From Nanobdellota archaeon (GTDB lineage: Archaea > Nanobdellota > Nanobdellia > Pacearchaeales > GW2011-AR1), in the NCBI GenBank assembly GCA_022561055.1, contig JADFRY010000002.1:54064-118063 (forward strand): a stretch of 64,000 nt of DNA. Reading direction: 5' to 3'. Shown here piece after piece: positions 52,116 to 61,527 of the stretch. The notes below the pieces were generated by a model, which saw nothing but the letters and a program-made list of their open reading frames with translations, did no database searches and had not been told where the DNA came from. A program made the position numbers and the translations under genes. The stretch's first letter is position 1. Each line of letters begins with the position of its first letter.

Positions 52116-55100
52116 ATGAAAGAAAATCACATTTTAGTCCAGAAATATTTAGAACAGCACTCATTAGTTGAATCTAATATTCTTAGTTTTAATGATTTCA
52201 TAAATAAAAGAATGCAACAAATTATCAATGAAATTAATGATGGACTTGAAAATGATGAGATGGAAATAAAATTTGGGAAGATTAGAATTAACAAACCAGA
52301 TGTTATAGAGGCTGATGGCAGTGTTAACTTTATTACGCCTACCGAAGCCAGATTACGAAGCCTGACTTATTCTGCACCTATTTTTGTAGAACTAACAGTA
52401 AAATATAGCGAGCAATCGGACAGTGCGGAAGTTGAAATAGGAAGGATTCCAATAATTGTTAGAAGCGATGTTTGCAACACAAGTAAAATGAGTAAGGAAG
52501 AATTGCGAGAAAATTATCTGGACCCGCTTGACCCTGGCGGATATTTTATAATTAATGGAAATGAAAGAATTATGGTAATGACAGAAGACCTTGCGCCGAA
52601 TCAGCCTTTCATAGAAGAGGGTAGGCAAGGTCTGACATTAAGACTTTTTTCCCAAAGAGGCCCTTACAGAATTCCAACTACTATTTCTGAAACAAATGAG
52701 GGCATTCTAGAATTGACATTCAGCAGGTTAAGAAATATTCCTGCAATTCCTTTGGTAAAAGCATTAGGAATAATAAAAGAATCTGATATTGCAAAACATA
52801 TTGGAAAAGAAGACGATTGTGTTATTGTCAATTTGTATGAATTTGCGAACATTCAAAATACAGAAGATGCGCTTTTATATCTTGCTGAGAAATCCAGCAT
52901 TCAAGGAACAAAAAAAGAAATTCTTGACAGAGTAAAACAGAGAATTGACGCTTATTTACTGCCTCATATTGGTTTAGATAAAAGTGCAAGAGTCGAGAAG
53001 GCATTGACCATATGTAAATTATTGAAACAATATTTGAATGCTAAAGATAATAAAAAAATCAGAACAGACAAAGACCATTACGCAAACAAAAGAATAAAAC
53101 TTTCAGGAGATTTGTTAGCTGATTTATTCAGAGTTAACATGAACATTCTTGTCAAAGATATACAATATTCTTTGCAGAAAATTGTTAAGAGAAAGAAATT
53201 TTATTCTATCAAAACAATTGCTAAATCTACTTTGTTTACTCATCGAGTTGAGAGCGCGATTGCTACAGGAAGTTGGATTGGCGAAAGGACAGGGGTTACT
53301 CAAAATATGGACAAGACTAATTATTTAGCTATTCTTTCCCAATTGCAGAGGATTTCGAGTATGCTGCCAGGAGAGCAAGAAAACTTCATGGCAAGAACTT
53401 TACATCCAACTCATTACGGAAGATTCTGTCCGACAGAGACACCTGAAGGAACTGAAATAGGCTTGAGGAAAAATCTGGCTCTTTTAGCAAGGATTTCAAC
53501 TTCTGTTGATTTTGATGAGCAAAAAGTTTTAAAGAAATTTGCAGAACTTGGTCTTGATAATGATAAAGAAAAAGATGTTTTCTTTAACGGGCGATTCATT
53601 GGGATGGTTGAAAATCCTGAAGAATTTGCTAAGAAAGTCAGAGAAGCGAGAAGAAAGGGAGAACTTCCTGTTGAATTAAGTGTTAGAAGCAAAAATGAAG
53701 CAGATGCTGTGATAATCTTGACTGAAGTTGGCAGAGTATTAAGACCTTTGATAGTTATTGAAAATGGTGTGAGCAAATTAAAAGATGAGCATCTTGTATT
53801 GTTAGAGCAAGATAAAATGTCATGGCAAGACTTGGTAAAAGAAGGAGTTATTGAATATCTCGATGCTTCTGAGGAAGAAGATGCTTTGGTTGCCTTAAAG
53901 CAAAATGAATTGAGTGATAAAAATACTCACCTTGAAATTGATTCTATTGATATTTTTGGTTTGATAACCTCATTAGTGCCTTATGGAAACCATGACCAAT
54001 CGTCTAGGCTGAATCGTGGGAGCAAAACTTTGAAACAAGCTCTTGGAATTTATGCTGCAAATTATTTGACGCGGCTTGATACAGATGTTTCAATATTACA
54101 TTATCCACAAAATCCTATTGTAAAAAGCTTTGTTTATGACACTCTTAATATTTATCCTGCAGGACAGAATTTGATTGTGGCAATTATGCCTTATGAAGGT
54201 TATAATGTGGAAGATGCTATTGTCCTGAGTAAGGCAAGTGTCGAAAGAGGAATGGGAAGAAGTACTTATTTTAGACCTTACAAGGCTACTGAACTGCATT
54301 ATGCTGGTGGGTTAAAAGATGAGATAACAATACCTGACAAAGATGTTTCTGGTTATAGGACAGAAGAGTCTTATAGATTTTTAGAAGATGACGGAATAGC
54401 ATACCCTGAAGCGAAAATAGAATCTGGCGAGGTTGTTATAGGCAGAGTAACTCCGCCAAAGTTCTTATCTGAAGCAAAGGACATTAGTATCCAGGCAAAG
54501 AAAGAAGGAAGCATGGCTATTAGGCAGGAAGAAAAAGGAACTGTCGACGCTGTTTTTGTTACTGCAGATAGAGAAGGAAATAAGATTGCTCAAGTAAGAA
54601 CAAGAGATTTAAGGATTCCAGAGCCAGGTGATAAATTTTCAACGCCGCATGGACAAAAAGGGGTTGTTGGACTTCTTGCAGATTCCAAAGATATTCCATT
54701 TACATCTAGAGGTATTAAACCTGATTTGATTTTTAATCCACATGGAATTCCGAGCAGATTGACTGTTGGGTATATGATTGAATTACTTGCAGGCAAAGTC
54801 GGGGCTATTACAGGAAAGTTTATTGACGGGACGCCATTTTCAGGACAAAAAGTTGAAGAACTTGAAGCTCAGCTGAGAGAGTTGGGTTTCAGCTACGATG
54901 GAAAAGAAACAATGTATGATGGCGTAACAGGAAAGAAAATGGATGTTAAAATTTATATTGGGAATATGTATTATTTAAAACTGAAATATATGGTAAGTAA
55001 TAGAATACATGCAAGAGCGTCTGGTAAAGTCACGTTATTGACTAGGCAACCTGTTGAAGGTAGAGCGAGGGGCGGTGCATTGCGTCTTGGAGAAATGGAG

Positions 55101-55358
55101 CAACAGGCTTTGGTTGCACACGGGGCATCATTATTATTAAAAGAAAGATATGACTCTGACAAAACAATAATTTATATCTGCTCAAAATGTGGAAACATTG
55201 CTATCAAAGACACACTTAGAAACAAAACCTATTGCGCATTTTGCGGAAGTAATGAAGTTGAATCTATTGAAGTTTCATATGCCTTTAAATTATTGATAGA
55301 AGAATTACTTGGATTACATATTTTAACAACTTTTGAGTTGAAGAATAAATATGAGTAG
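52116..55358 (+). CDS. rpoB: RNA polymerase subunit B (unsplit)
   Basis: Full set of Rpb2-type blocks (GYFIINGNERI, HPTHYGRFCPTETPEG, GDKFSTPHGQKG, RLGEMEQ) and C-terminal zinc ribbon CSKCG...CAFCG. Confidence 0.95.
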   Translation: MKENHILVQKYLEQHSLVESNILSFNDFINKRMQQIINEINDGLENDEMEIKFGKIRINKPDVIEADGSVNFITPTEARLRSLTYSAPIFVELTVKYSEQSDSAEVEIGRIPIIVRSDVCNTSKMSKEELRENYLDPLDPGGYFIINGNERIMVMTEDLAPNQPFIEEGRQGLTLRLFSQRGPYRIPTTISETNEGILELTFSRLRNIPAIPLVKALGIIKESDIAKHIGKEDDCVIVNLYEFANIQNTEDALLYLAEKSSIQGTKKEILDRVKQRIDAYLLPHIGLDKSARVEKALTICKLLKQYLNAKDNKKIRTDKDHYANKRIKLSGDLLADLFRVNMNILVKDIQYSLQKIVKRKKFYSIKTIAKSTLFTHRVESAIATGSWIGERTGVTQNMDKTNYLAILSQLQRISSMLPGEQENFMARTLHPTHYGRFCPTETPEGTEIGLRKNLALLARISTSVDFDEQKVLKKFAELGLDNDKEKDVFFNGRFIGMVENPEEFAKKVREARRKGELPVELSVRSKNEADAVIILTEVGRVLRPLIVIENGVSKLKDEHLVLLEQDKMSWQDLVKEGVIEYLDASEEEDALVALKQNELSDKNTHLEIDSIDIFGLITSLVPYGNHDQSSRLNRGSKTLKQALGIYAANYLTRLDTDVSILHYPQNPIVKSFVYDTLNIYPAGQNLIVAIMPYEGYNVEDAIVLSKASVERGMGRSTYFRPYKATELHYAGGLKDEITIPDKDVSGYRTEESYRFLEDDGIAYPEAKIESGEVVIGRVTPPKFLSEAKDISIQAKKEGSMAIRQEEKGTVDAVFVTADREGNKIAQVRTRDLRIPEPGDKFSTPHGQKGVVGLLADSKDIPFTSRGIKPDLIFNPHGIPSRLTVGYMIELLAGKVGAITGKFIDGTPFSGQKVEELEAQLRELGFSYDGKETMYDGVTGKKMDVKIYIGNMYYLKLKYMVSNRIHARASGKVTLLTRQPVEGRARGGALRLGEMEQQALVAHGASLLLKERYDSDKTIIYICSKCGNIAIKDTLRNKTYCAFCGSNEVESIEVSYAFKLLIEELLGLHILTTFELKNKYE

Positions 55359-55366
55359 GTAAGACT

Positions 55367-55666
55367 ATGAGAGAAGAAGAAATACTGGAAAGGGCAGGGA
55401 GAGTAATTAGAGAGTATGTGAAAGGGCACCAACGAGAGCTTAGAAGTAAATATGGAAATGATCAATTTTATATATTTATTACAGAAGAATATGAAATTAT
55501 AGATCATGGTAAAGATCTTCGTACTGTGCATGATAGAGGTTATAGAAGAGCAAAGAGGGGTACTCAACCTATGATAATTCATGGTACTGTTGATGACCTT
55601 ATAAATCCAGGAAAAAATCCAAGAAGAAGAGAAAGCCTGTTTTCAATAGAAGGAGTAATGAAATAA
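55367..55666 (+). CDS. hypothetical basic 99-aa protein inserted between rpoB and rpoA
   Basis: The ORF starts 8 nt after the rpoB stop. No family recognised. Confidence 0.45.
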   Translation: MREEEILERAGRVIREYVKGHQRELRSKYGNDQFYIFITEEYEIIDHGKDLRTVHDRGYRRAKRGTQPMIIHGTVDDLINPGKNPRRRESLFSIEGVMK

Positions 55667-55667
55667 A

Positions 55668-55865
55668 ATGGAAAGAAATTTAGAAGTATTGGAGTTTGAA
55701 TTGAATGATAAACAAATAGATGAGATGATATCAAAATTAAATGAATTAAAAGAAAGTCAAGAGCATATTCATTATGATTTACCAAATAAACAAATGAATG
55801 TTATTGGAGATAACATAGAAATTATGGAAATACTTATTCACCACGAAAAGGATGAGTTAAAATAA
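55668..55865 (+). CDS. hypothetical acidic 65-aa protein inserted between rpoB and rpoA
   Basis: The ORF starts 1 nt after the preceding stop and ends 3 nt before the rpoA ATG. Confidence 0.4.
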   Translation: MERNLEVLEFELNDKQIDEMISKLNELKESQEHIHYDLPNKQMNVIGDNIEIMEILIHHEKDELK

Positions 55866-55868
55866 AAA

Positions 55869-58800
55869 ATGCCAGAAATAATAAAAAAACAAGTTAAAGC
55901 TTTAAAATTTAGTTTGATTAGTCCGGCGCAGATAAAAAAAATTAGTGCTGCCAAGGTTGTTACTCCTGAGCTCTATGATATTGACGGTTTCCCTGTTGAT
56001 GGAGGTATTATGGACTTGCGTTTAGGAGCTATTGACCCTGGAGTCAGATGTAGAACCTGCGGCGGGAGATTAAAAGAATGTCTAGGACATGTTGGAAGTA
56101 TTGAACTTGCTCGGCCAGTTATTCATATAAAATATGTTCCTTTGATTGAATTATTTTTGAGAAGTTTTTGTCATAAGTGTGGAAAACTTATGTTGGAAGA
56201 AGAAAAACAGAAAAAATTTGGTCCTGCTGAGAGCGCTAAAAAGGCTAGAGATAAAAAAAGATGTCCATATTGTAATGAAGTCCAAGAGAAAATTAAACTT
56301 GAGAAGCCAAATTTATTCTCCATGGGGAAAAAAAGAATATTCCCTAATGAAATAAGAGAGATGCTTGTTACAATTCCTGATGAGGAAGCTAGGAAAATTG
56401 GAGTAAATCCTAAAACATGCAGACCAGAGTGGGCAATTCTTTCTCTGTTGTTAGTACCGAGTGTTATTGTAAGACCTTCAATTACTTTAGAAACAGGAGA
56501 AAGGAGCGAAGATGATCTAACCCATAAGTTATCTGATATTATTAGAGCTAATCAAAGATTGTGGGAAAATTTGAATGCTGGAGCGCCGGAAGTAATTATT
56601 GAAGACTTATGGGATTTATTACAGTATCATATTACAACATTTTTTGATAATAATATTTCTAGAATACCACCAGCAAGACACAGGTCAGGACAGCCATTGA
56701 AAACAATAACTGAAAGAATTAAAGGTAAAGAAGGGAGGATTAGAAAGAACTTAGCTGGAAAAAGAGTTAACTTTTCTGGCAGAACAGTCGTTTCTCCAGA
56801 GCCTGCTCTCAACATTAATGAAGTTGGAGTTCCATTAGAAGTTGCAAAAATTATTACTGTTGCTGAGGCAGTAACAACTACAAATTTAGAATTTATTAAA
56901 AAGATTATTATAAATGGACGTGAAAAACATCCTGGAGCCAACTATGTTATTAGACCGGATGGAAAGAGAAAGAGAATTACCGAAGATCTAAAAGAGGAGC
57001 TTTGTGATGAAATCCAGCCAGGATATAAAGTTGAAAGACATTTACGGGACGGCGACGTTGTTCTTTTCAATAGACATCCATCTTTGCACAAACAAAGTCT
57101 TATGGCTCATTATGTAAGAGTCCTACCAGATAGAACATTTAAAATACATCCAACTGCTGCTTTCCCTTATAACGCGGATTTTGATGGAGATGAAGTCAAT
57201 ATACACTCTCCTCAGACAGAAGAGGCAAGGTCTGAAGCAAAAATTCTTTTAGATATTAAAAATAATATTATTTCTTCTAAGAATAATATAAATCTTGTTG
57301 GATGTATTGCAGATGCTATAACCGGCTCTTACATTTTAGGAAAAGAAAAATTTGATAAGCCAGACGCAGATCAGTTACTGTTTTCTGCAGGAGTCATCAA
57401 TAGTTTGAAAGGTAAAGAAATCTCTGGTATAAATCTGTTTAGTCAAATATTACCTAAAGAAGCTAATATAAAAATGCCTTCGGAAATCTTAAGTAAAAAT
57501 ACATTAGGGTCGGAAGATGGCGAGATGGTTAAGATATTGGACAAAAATTGCGGAAGAGAAGCAACACTTGAATCTATAAGAAGAGCATTCTCCCTCGGGA
57601 CAATTTACTTATCTAGAAGAGGATATACGCTTTCGTTGAGAGATTTGGATGTTTCAGAAAAAGTCAAGAAAATAACTAGGGAAGTTATAGAAGAAGCTGA
57701 GAAAAAAACTAAAGAAATAATAAAAGATTCAGAAATTGGAAAATTAGAGATAATTCCAGGAAAAAGTATTGAAGAGTCAAGAGAAGTCAAGATTTCTAAA
57801 GTATTGAATGAGATAAGGTCAAATGTTGGTCAGATTGTTCAGAGTCATTTTCCAAAAGAAGGAAACGTTAGTAAAATGATTGCTGCCGGAGGAGGCGGAA
57901 GTATATTAAACATTACTCAAATTGGTTGTTGTGTTGGACAGCAAATTTTATGGAATGAACGAATTAGTTTTGGCTACACAGGAAGAACTCTTTCTTTTTT
58001 TGAGAAGGGAGATATAAAAGCGGAATCACGCGGGTTTATAAAATCGTCTTTTTTCGATGGTTTGAAGCCCAGTGAGTTTTTCTTCGGAGCCATTACAGGA
58101 AGAGATGCCCTCATGGACACTGCTTTAAGGACACCTAAATCAGGATATCTTTACAGGAGATTAGTTAGCGCCTTACAAGATTTGAAATTAGAGTATGATG
58201 AAACAGTAAGAGATGCTTCTGGCAACATAATCCAGTTCTTATACGGTGGTGATGGATTGGATGTATCCGCTTTGCATTTAAATAAAAAAGTTTGTCCCGG
58301 CGAAGCTGTTGGAGTTATCACAGCCCAATCATTTGGAGAAGCTTCAACACAAATGGTCTTAAATGTATTCCACTCTGCAGGTGTTGCTGAAATGCAGATT
58401 ACACTCGGATTGCCAAGGTTAATTGAGATTTTTGATGCAAGAAAACAACCATCTACTCCATCAATGGAAATTTATCTTGACAGAGAACATAATAATGAAA
58501 ATGATGCAAGAGTTATTGCAGAAAAAATTAAAGAAGTAAAAGTAGAAGGGATTGCTTCTGAAATAAAGATTGATTTTTCTGGAAAGAAGATTGAGATAGA
58601 GTTGGACAATGCTGCCTTAAAAACAGTTCACGTCGGGGTGCAAAAAATAGTTGACAGACTAAATGAAAAAGGATTTAAAGTTAAAAAGAGAAACATAAAG
58701 ATTAGTTTAAATGTTTTGGATATGGACTTTAAATCTATTTACAAATTAAAAGGAAAACTAAGAAAAACAATTATATCTGGAATTAAGAATATCAATCAAG

Positions 58801-59282
58801 TTATTGTTGCTAAGAGAGAAAAAGAGTTTGTTATTTTAACTTCGGGAAGTAATTTGCGAGATATTATGGAAATAAAGGGGGTCAATAAAGATAGAGTGGT
58901 TACGAATAATATTCATGAAGTTGCAGATGTTCTCGGTATTGAGGCGGCAAGACAAGCGATTGTAAATGAAGTAAAAAAAGTTCTTGAAACTCAAGGTTTA
59001 GATATTAATTTTAGACATCTTGATTTGATTGCCGATGCAATGACGTCTTCTGGAGTTGTTAGAGGGGTTACACGAATGGGAATTATATCTCATAAATCGA
59101 GTATTTTTGCACGGGCTGCATTCGAAACTCCTGATAAACAATTTATTAATGCAACTATACAAGGAAAAAAAGATGAGTTGGCTTCAGTGATTGAAAATAT
59201 TATACTTAATCAACCGGTTCCCGTCGGTACAGGCTTGCCCGGCTTGCTTGTTAAAGTCACAGGTCCTTTGGTTAGGAAGTGA
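55869..59282 (+). CDS. rpoA: RNA polymerase subunit A, single polypeptide covering A' and A'' regions
   Basis: One ORF contains the N-terminal zinc motif (CRTCGG...CLGH), NADFDGDE, the bridge helix (GRDALMDTALRTPKSGY) and the trigger-loop block normally at the A'' N-terminus (PGEAVGVITAQSFGEASTQMVLNVFHSAGV). Confidence 0.95.
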   Translation: MPEIIKKQVKALKFSLISPAQIKKISAAKVVTPELYDIDGFPVDGGIMDLRLGAIDPGVRCRTCGGRLKECLGHVGSIELARPVIHIKYVPLIELFLRSFCHKCGKLMLEEEKQKKFGPAESAKKARDKKRCPYCNEVQEKIKLEKPNLFSMGKKRIFPNEIREMLVTIPDEEARKIGVNPKTCRPEWAILSLLLVPSVIVRPSITLETGERSEDDLTHKLSDIIRANQRLWENLNAGAPEVIIEDLWDLLQYHITTFFDNNISRIPPARHRSGQPLKTITERIKGKEGRIRKNLAGKRVNFSGRTVVSPEPALNINEVGVPLEVAKIITVAEAVTTTNLEFIKKIIINGREKHPGANYVIRPDGKRKRITEDLKEELCDEIQPGYKVERHLRDGDVVLFNRHPSLHKQSLMAHYVRVLPDRTFKIHPTAAFPYNADFDGDEVNIHSPQTEEARSEAKILLDIKNNIISSKNNINLVGCIADAITGSYILGKEKFDKPDADQLLFSAGVINSLKGKEISGINLFSQILPKEANIKMPSEILSKNTLGSEDGEMVKILDKNCGREATLESIRRAFSLGTIYLSRRGYTLSLRDLDVSEKVKKITREVIEEAEKKTKEIIKDSEIGKLEIIPGKSIEESREVKISKVLNEIRSNVGQIVQSHFPKEGNVSKMIAAGGGGSILNITQIGCCVGQQILWNERISFGYTGRTLSFFEKGDIKAESRGFIKSSFFDGLKPSEFFFGAITGRDALMDTALRTPKSGYLYRRLVSALQDLKLEYDETVRDASGNIIQFLYGGDGLDVSALHLNKKVCPGEAVGVITAQSFGEASTQMVLNVFHSAGVAEMQITLGLPRLIEIFDARKQPSTPSMEIYLDREHNNENDARVIAEKIKEVKVEGIASEIKIDFSGKKIEIELDNAALKTVHVGVQKIVDRLNEKGFKVKKRNIKISLNVLDMDFKSIYKLKGKLRKTIISGIKNINQVIVAKREKEFVILTSGSNLRDIMEIKGVNKDRVVTNNIHEVADVLGIEAARQAIVNEVKKVLETQGLDINFRHLDLIADAMTSSGVVRGVTRMGIISHKSSIFARAAFETPDKQFINATIQGKKDELASVIENIILNQPVPVGTGLPGLLVKVTGPLVRK

Positions 59283-59366
59283 CTGGTGAAAGAAGAAAGT
59301 TCTTATTAAAATTTCAACTAAATCAAACATAAGTTTATAAACTTCTTTAATAAATGAATTCTAAAG

Positions 59367-59606
59367 ATGGTGCATGAACTAAAGCAACATATTTTGGCTA
59401 GAAAAGTTTTTTTTGGAATAAAACAGTCCTTAAAAAATTCTAAAAATCTAAATAAGGCATTATTGTCTTCTGATTGTAGAGAAGAAATTATGGATTTATT
59501 GGAAAAAAATAAAATAGATATAGAAATAATGGACTTTTCTAAACAAGAGTTAGCTGATAAATTAGAGCTAGATTTTAAATGTGAAGTTTTTGGTTTGAGA
59601 AAATAA
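59367..59606 (+). CDS. rpl30e: ribosomal protein L30e (short form)
   Basis: GIKQSLKNSKNLNKALLSSDCREEI...ELADKLELDFKCEVFGL follows the L30e/L7Ae-fold pattern. The position after rpoA is the conserved archaeal order. Confidence 0.65.
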   Translation: MVHELKQHILARKVFFGIKQSLKNSKNLNKALLSSDCREEIMDLLEKNKIDIEIMDFSKQELADKLELDFKCEVFGLRK

Positions 59607-59611
59607 AGAAA

Positions 59612-60025
59612 ATGACGACGATAAATATGCAAATTATGAGATATATTAATCTTTTGAATAAAATTTCTAGAGTTAGGACTAAAAAATGTTTTATCTATAA
59701 TAACACAATTATATTCGCTGTTCATCCGAGATTTGTCTCGAGGGCTATTGGTCCTGCAGGAAAAAATATAAAGTCAATTCAAGAAAAGCTTGGGAAAAGA
59801 GTCAGAGTAATTAAAGAAGCAGACGGAATAAATGATGCTAAACGATTTGTTGAAGATATTGTTGAGCCAGTTAGTTTTAGGTCTTTAGAAGTTAGAGGAG
59901 ATGATTTTATCCTTGTTGCAGGTATAAGAAATAAAGCCGCCCTTATAGGAAGAAATAAAAGAAGATTTGGAGAATTAAATAAAATACTAAATGATTATTT
60001 CGGAAAGGATTTGAGGATAGTTTAG
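59612..60025 (+). CDS. nusA: archaeal NusA-like KH-domain protein
   Basis: AIGPAGKNIKSIQEKLGKRVRVI (KH GxxG motif). Conserved position between rpl30e and rps12. Confidence 0.8.
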   Translation: MTTINMQIMRYINLLNKISRVRTKKCFIYNNTIIFAVHPRFVSRAIGPAGKNIKSIQEKLGKRVRVIKEADGINDAKRFVEDIVEPVSFRSLEVRGDDFILVAGIRNKAALIGRNKRRFGELNKILNDYFGKDLRIV

Positions 60026-60096
60026 GTTTTTGCTCAGGATGTAGAGCTATTGTTAAAATGTTTAGTTTATAATTTGACTAGAATTGTGAAATTCTA

Positions 60097-60300
60097 CTAA
60101 TTCTCTTTCTTTGGTTTGTTCTTATCAGAAGCACTCCAACTAATACCTCCTGCTTCATCTAATTGTTCTATTATCTTTTTCTTTCTAAACTCTAAATGTG
60201 TCAAAGCTACAGATAATTCTTGAAATGTCGCTTTATTAGTTGTGGTTTCACTACTTGCATTTTTATCTTTCACATGTATGACAATCTTTACCTCTCCCAT
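60097..60300 (-). CDS. small hypothetical protein, opposite strand, between nusA and rps12
   Basis: 67-aa ORF only. No family recognised. Coding status uncertain. Confidence 0.3.
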   Translation of the reverse strand: MGEVKIVIHVKDKNASSETTTNKATFQELSVALTHLEFRKKKIIEQLDEAGGISWSASDKNKPKKEN

Positions 60301-60406
60301 GTAAGAGAATTTATAATAGAATATAAAAGCTTTATGGATATCCTTGGACAGTTAAAGAAAAAGTGGGACATACTAGGACTTTAGGGACTGTGTTATGATT
60401 AAGACA

Positions 60407-60419
60407 ACATTTAAAAACG
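60407..60419 (+). promoter_or_regulatory. TATA box (acatttaaaaacg) for rps12-rps7
   Basis: The 8-mer centre lies about 26.5 nt upstream of ATG 60439. Confidence 0.5.
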
Positions 60420-60438
60420 TATTTTTCTCTAGACTTTT

Positions 60439-60861
60439 ATGGGACTAATGAATGCTAAGAAATTGATAAAGAATAGGAAAAAATTTAGATGGAAGCAGAG
60501 AGCTTACAAAGTTAGAATGAAAAAACTTAAAGAGAAGTCTGATCCTCTTGGAAGGGCGTGGCAAGCTAAGGGAATAGTTATTGAGAAATTTCAAAAAGAA
60601 GCTGCACAGCCAAACTCTGCTATGAGAAAGTGTTGCAAAGTCCAATTGATAAAGAATAGTATTCAGGTTGGTGCGTTTATTCCTGGGAATTTGGCGCAGA
60701 GATTTATCGATGAACACGATGAGGTTATTATTGAAAGAATAGGTGGAAAACAGGGCAGGTCAAAAGGCGATATTAGAGGAATAAGATTCCAAGTAATTAA
60801 AGTAAATGACCAGCCGTTGCATTTGCTTGTTAAGGGTAAGATTGAGAAGGGGAGGAGATAA
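60439..60861 (+). CDS. rps12: ribosomal protein S12 (uS12)
   Basis: [30 protein letters not shown]...IPG...[10 protein letters not shown] are archaeal S12/S23e blocks. Confidence 0.9.
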   Translation: MGLMNAKKLIKNRKKFRWKQRAYKVRMKKLKEKSDPLGRAWQAKGIVIEKFQKEAAQPNSAMRKCCKVQLIKNSIQVGAFIPGNLAQRFIDEHDEVIIERIGGKQGRSKGDIRGIRFQVIKVNDQPLHLLVKGKIEKGRR

Positions 60862-60862
60862 A

Positions 60863-61456
60863 ATGAAATTCAAAGTATTTGATTTATACGACATGGATGA
60901 AGTTGAGCTTAGTGATGTTGCGTTAAAGCCATACATCAATTTGGAATCAAAACTTTTGATAAAATCACAAGGAAGAAATCTTTGGAAATTTTCAAGTGCA
61001 AAGGTCCATATTCTTGAGAGAATGGCAAATAGAATTGCTGTGCCCGGACACGTCGGTAAAAAACATAAAATAATTACTTCCTGGGGGTCTGGCAAATATG
61101 AGAGCAATATGAAAATTGTCTTGGATGTTTTAGAGATGATTAAAAAAAGAAAAAAAGAAAATCCTATCCAAGTTTTGATAAGGGCAATTGAGAATTGCTC
61201 TCCGAGAGACGAGACTACGACAATTGAATATGGTGGAGCAAGATATCCTCAAGCAGTTGATGTTAGTCCGTTAAGAAGAATCAATCTTGCTATTAGATGG
61301 TTAATTCAAGGATCTTATCAAAAATGTTTTGGAAAAAAGAAAAAAATGTATGAAAGTCTGGCTAATGAGATCATGTTCGCTTCCGATGGTAATATGGAAA
61401 GTTATGCAATGCAAAAAAAGAACGAATCTGAAAAGCAAGCAGATGCTGCCAGATAA
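60863..61456 (+). CDS. rps7: ribosomal protein S7 (uS7)
   Basis: It starts at MKFKVFDLYD, 1 nt after the S12 stop and behind a GGGGAGGAG Shine-Dalgarno (60849..60857). C-terminal ...AMQKKNESEKQADAAR is typical of S7. Confidence 0.9.
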   Translation: MKFKVFDLYDMDEVELSDVALKPYINLESKLLIKSQGRNLWKFSSAKVHILERMANRIAVPGHVGKKHKIITSWGSGKYESNMKIVLDVLEMIKKRKKENPIQVLIRAIENCSPRDETTTIEYGGARYPQAVDVSPLRRINLAIRWLIQGSYQKCFGKKKKMYESLANEIMFASDGNMESYAMQKKNESEKQADAAR

Positions 61457-61527
61457 TTTTAATTAATAAGTAGATTAAACTTAATTTTATTTAACTATTT
61501 AAATTTTGATTTTACTTTTGCATAATC

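Noticed and set aside
55229-55582. 117-aa minus-strand ORF spanning the rpoB end and the first inserted ORF
   Set aside because: It is antisense to strongly supported rpoB coding sequence, and its composition is typical of reverse-frame artefacts.
59318-59725. 135-aa minus-strand ORF
   Set aside because: It is antisense to rpl30e and the nusA start, both of which have clear family signatures and conserved operon position.
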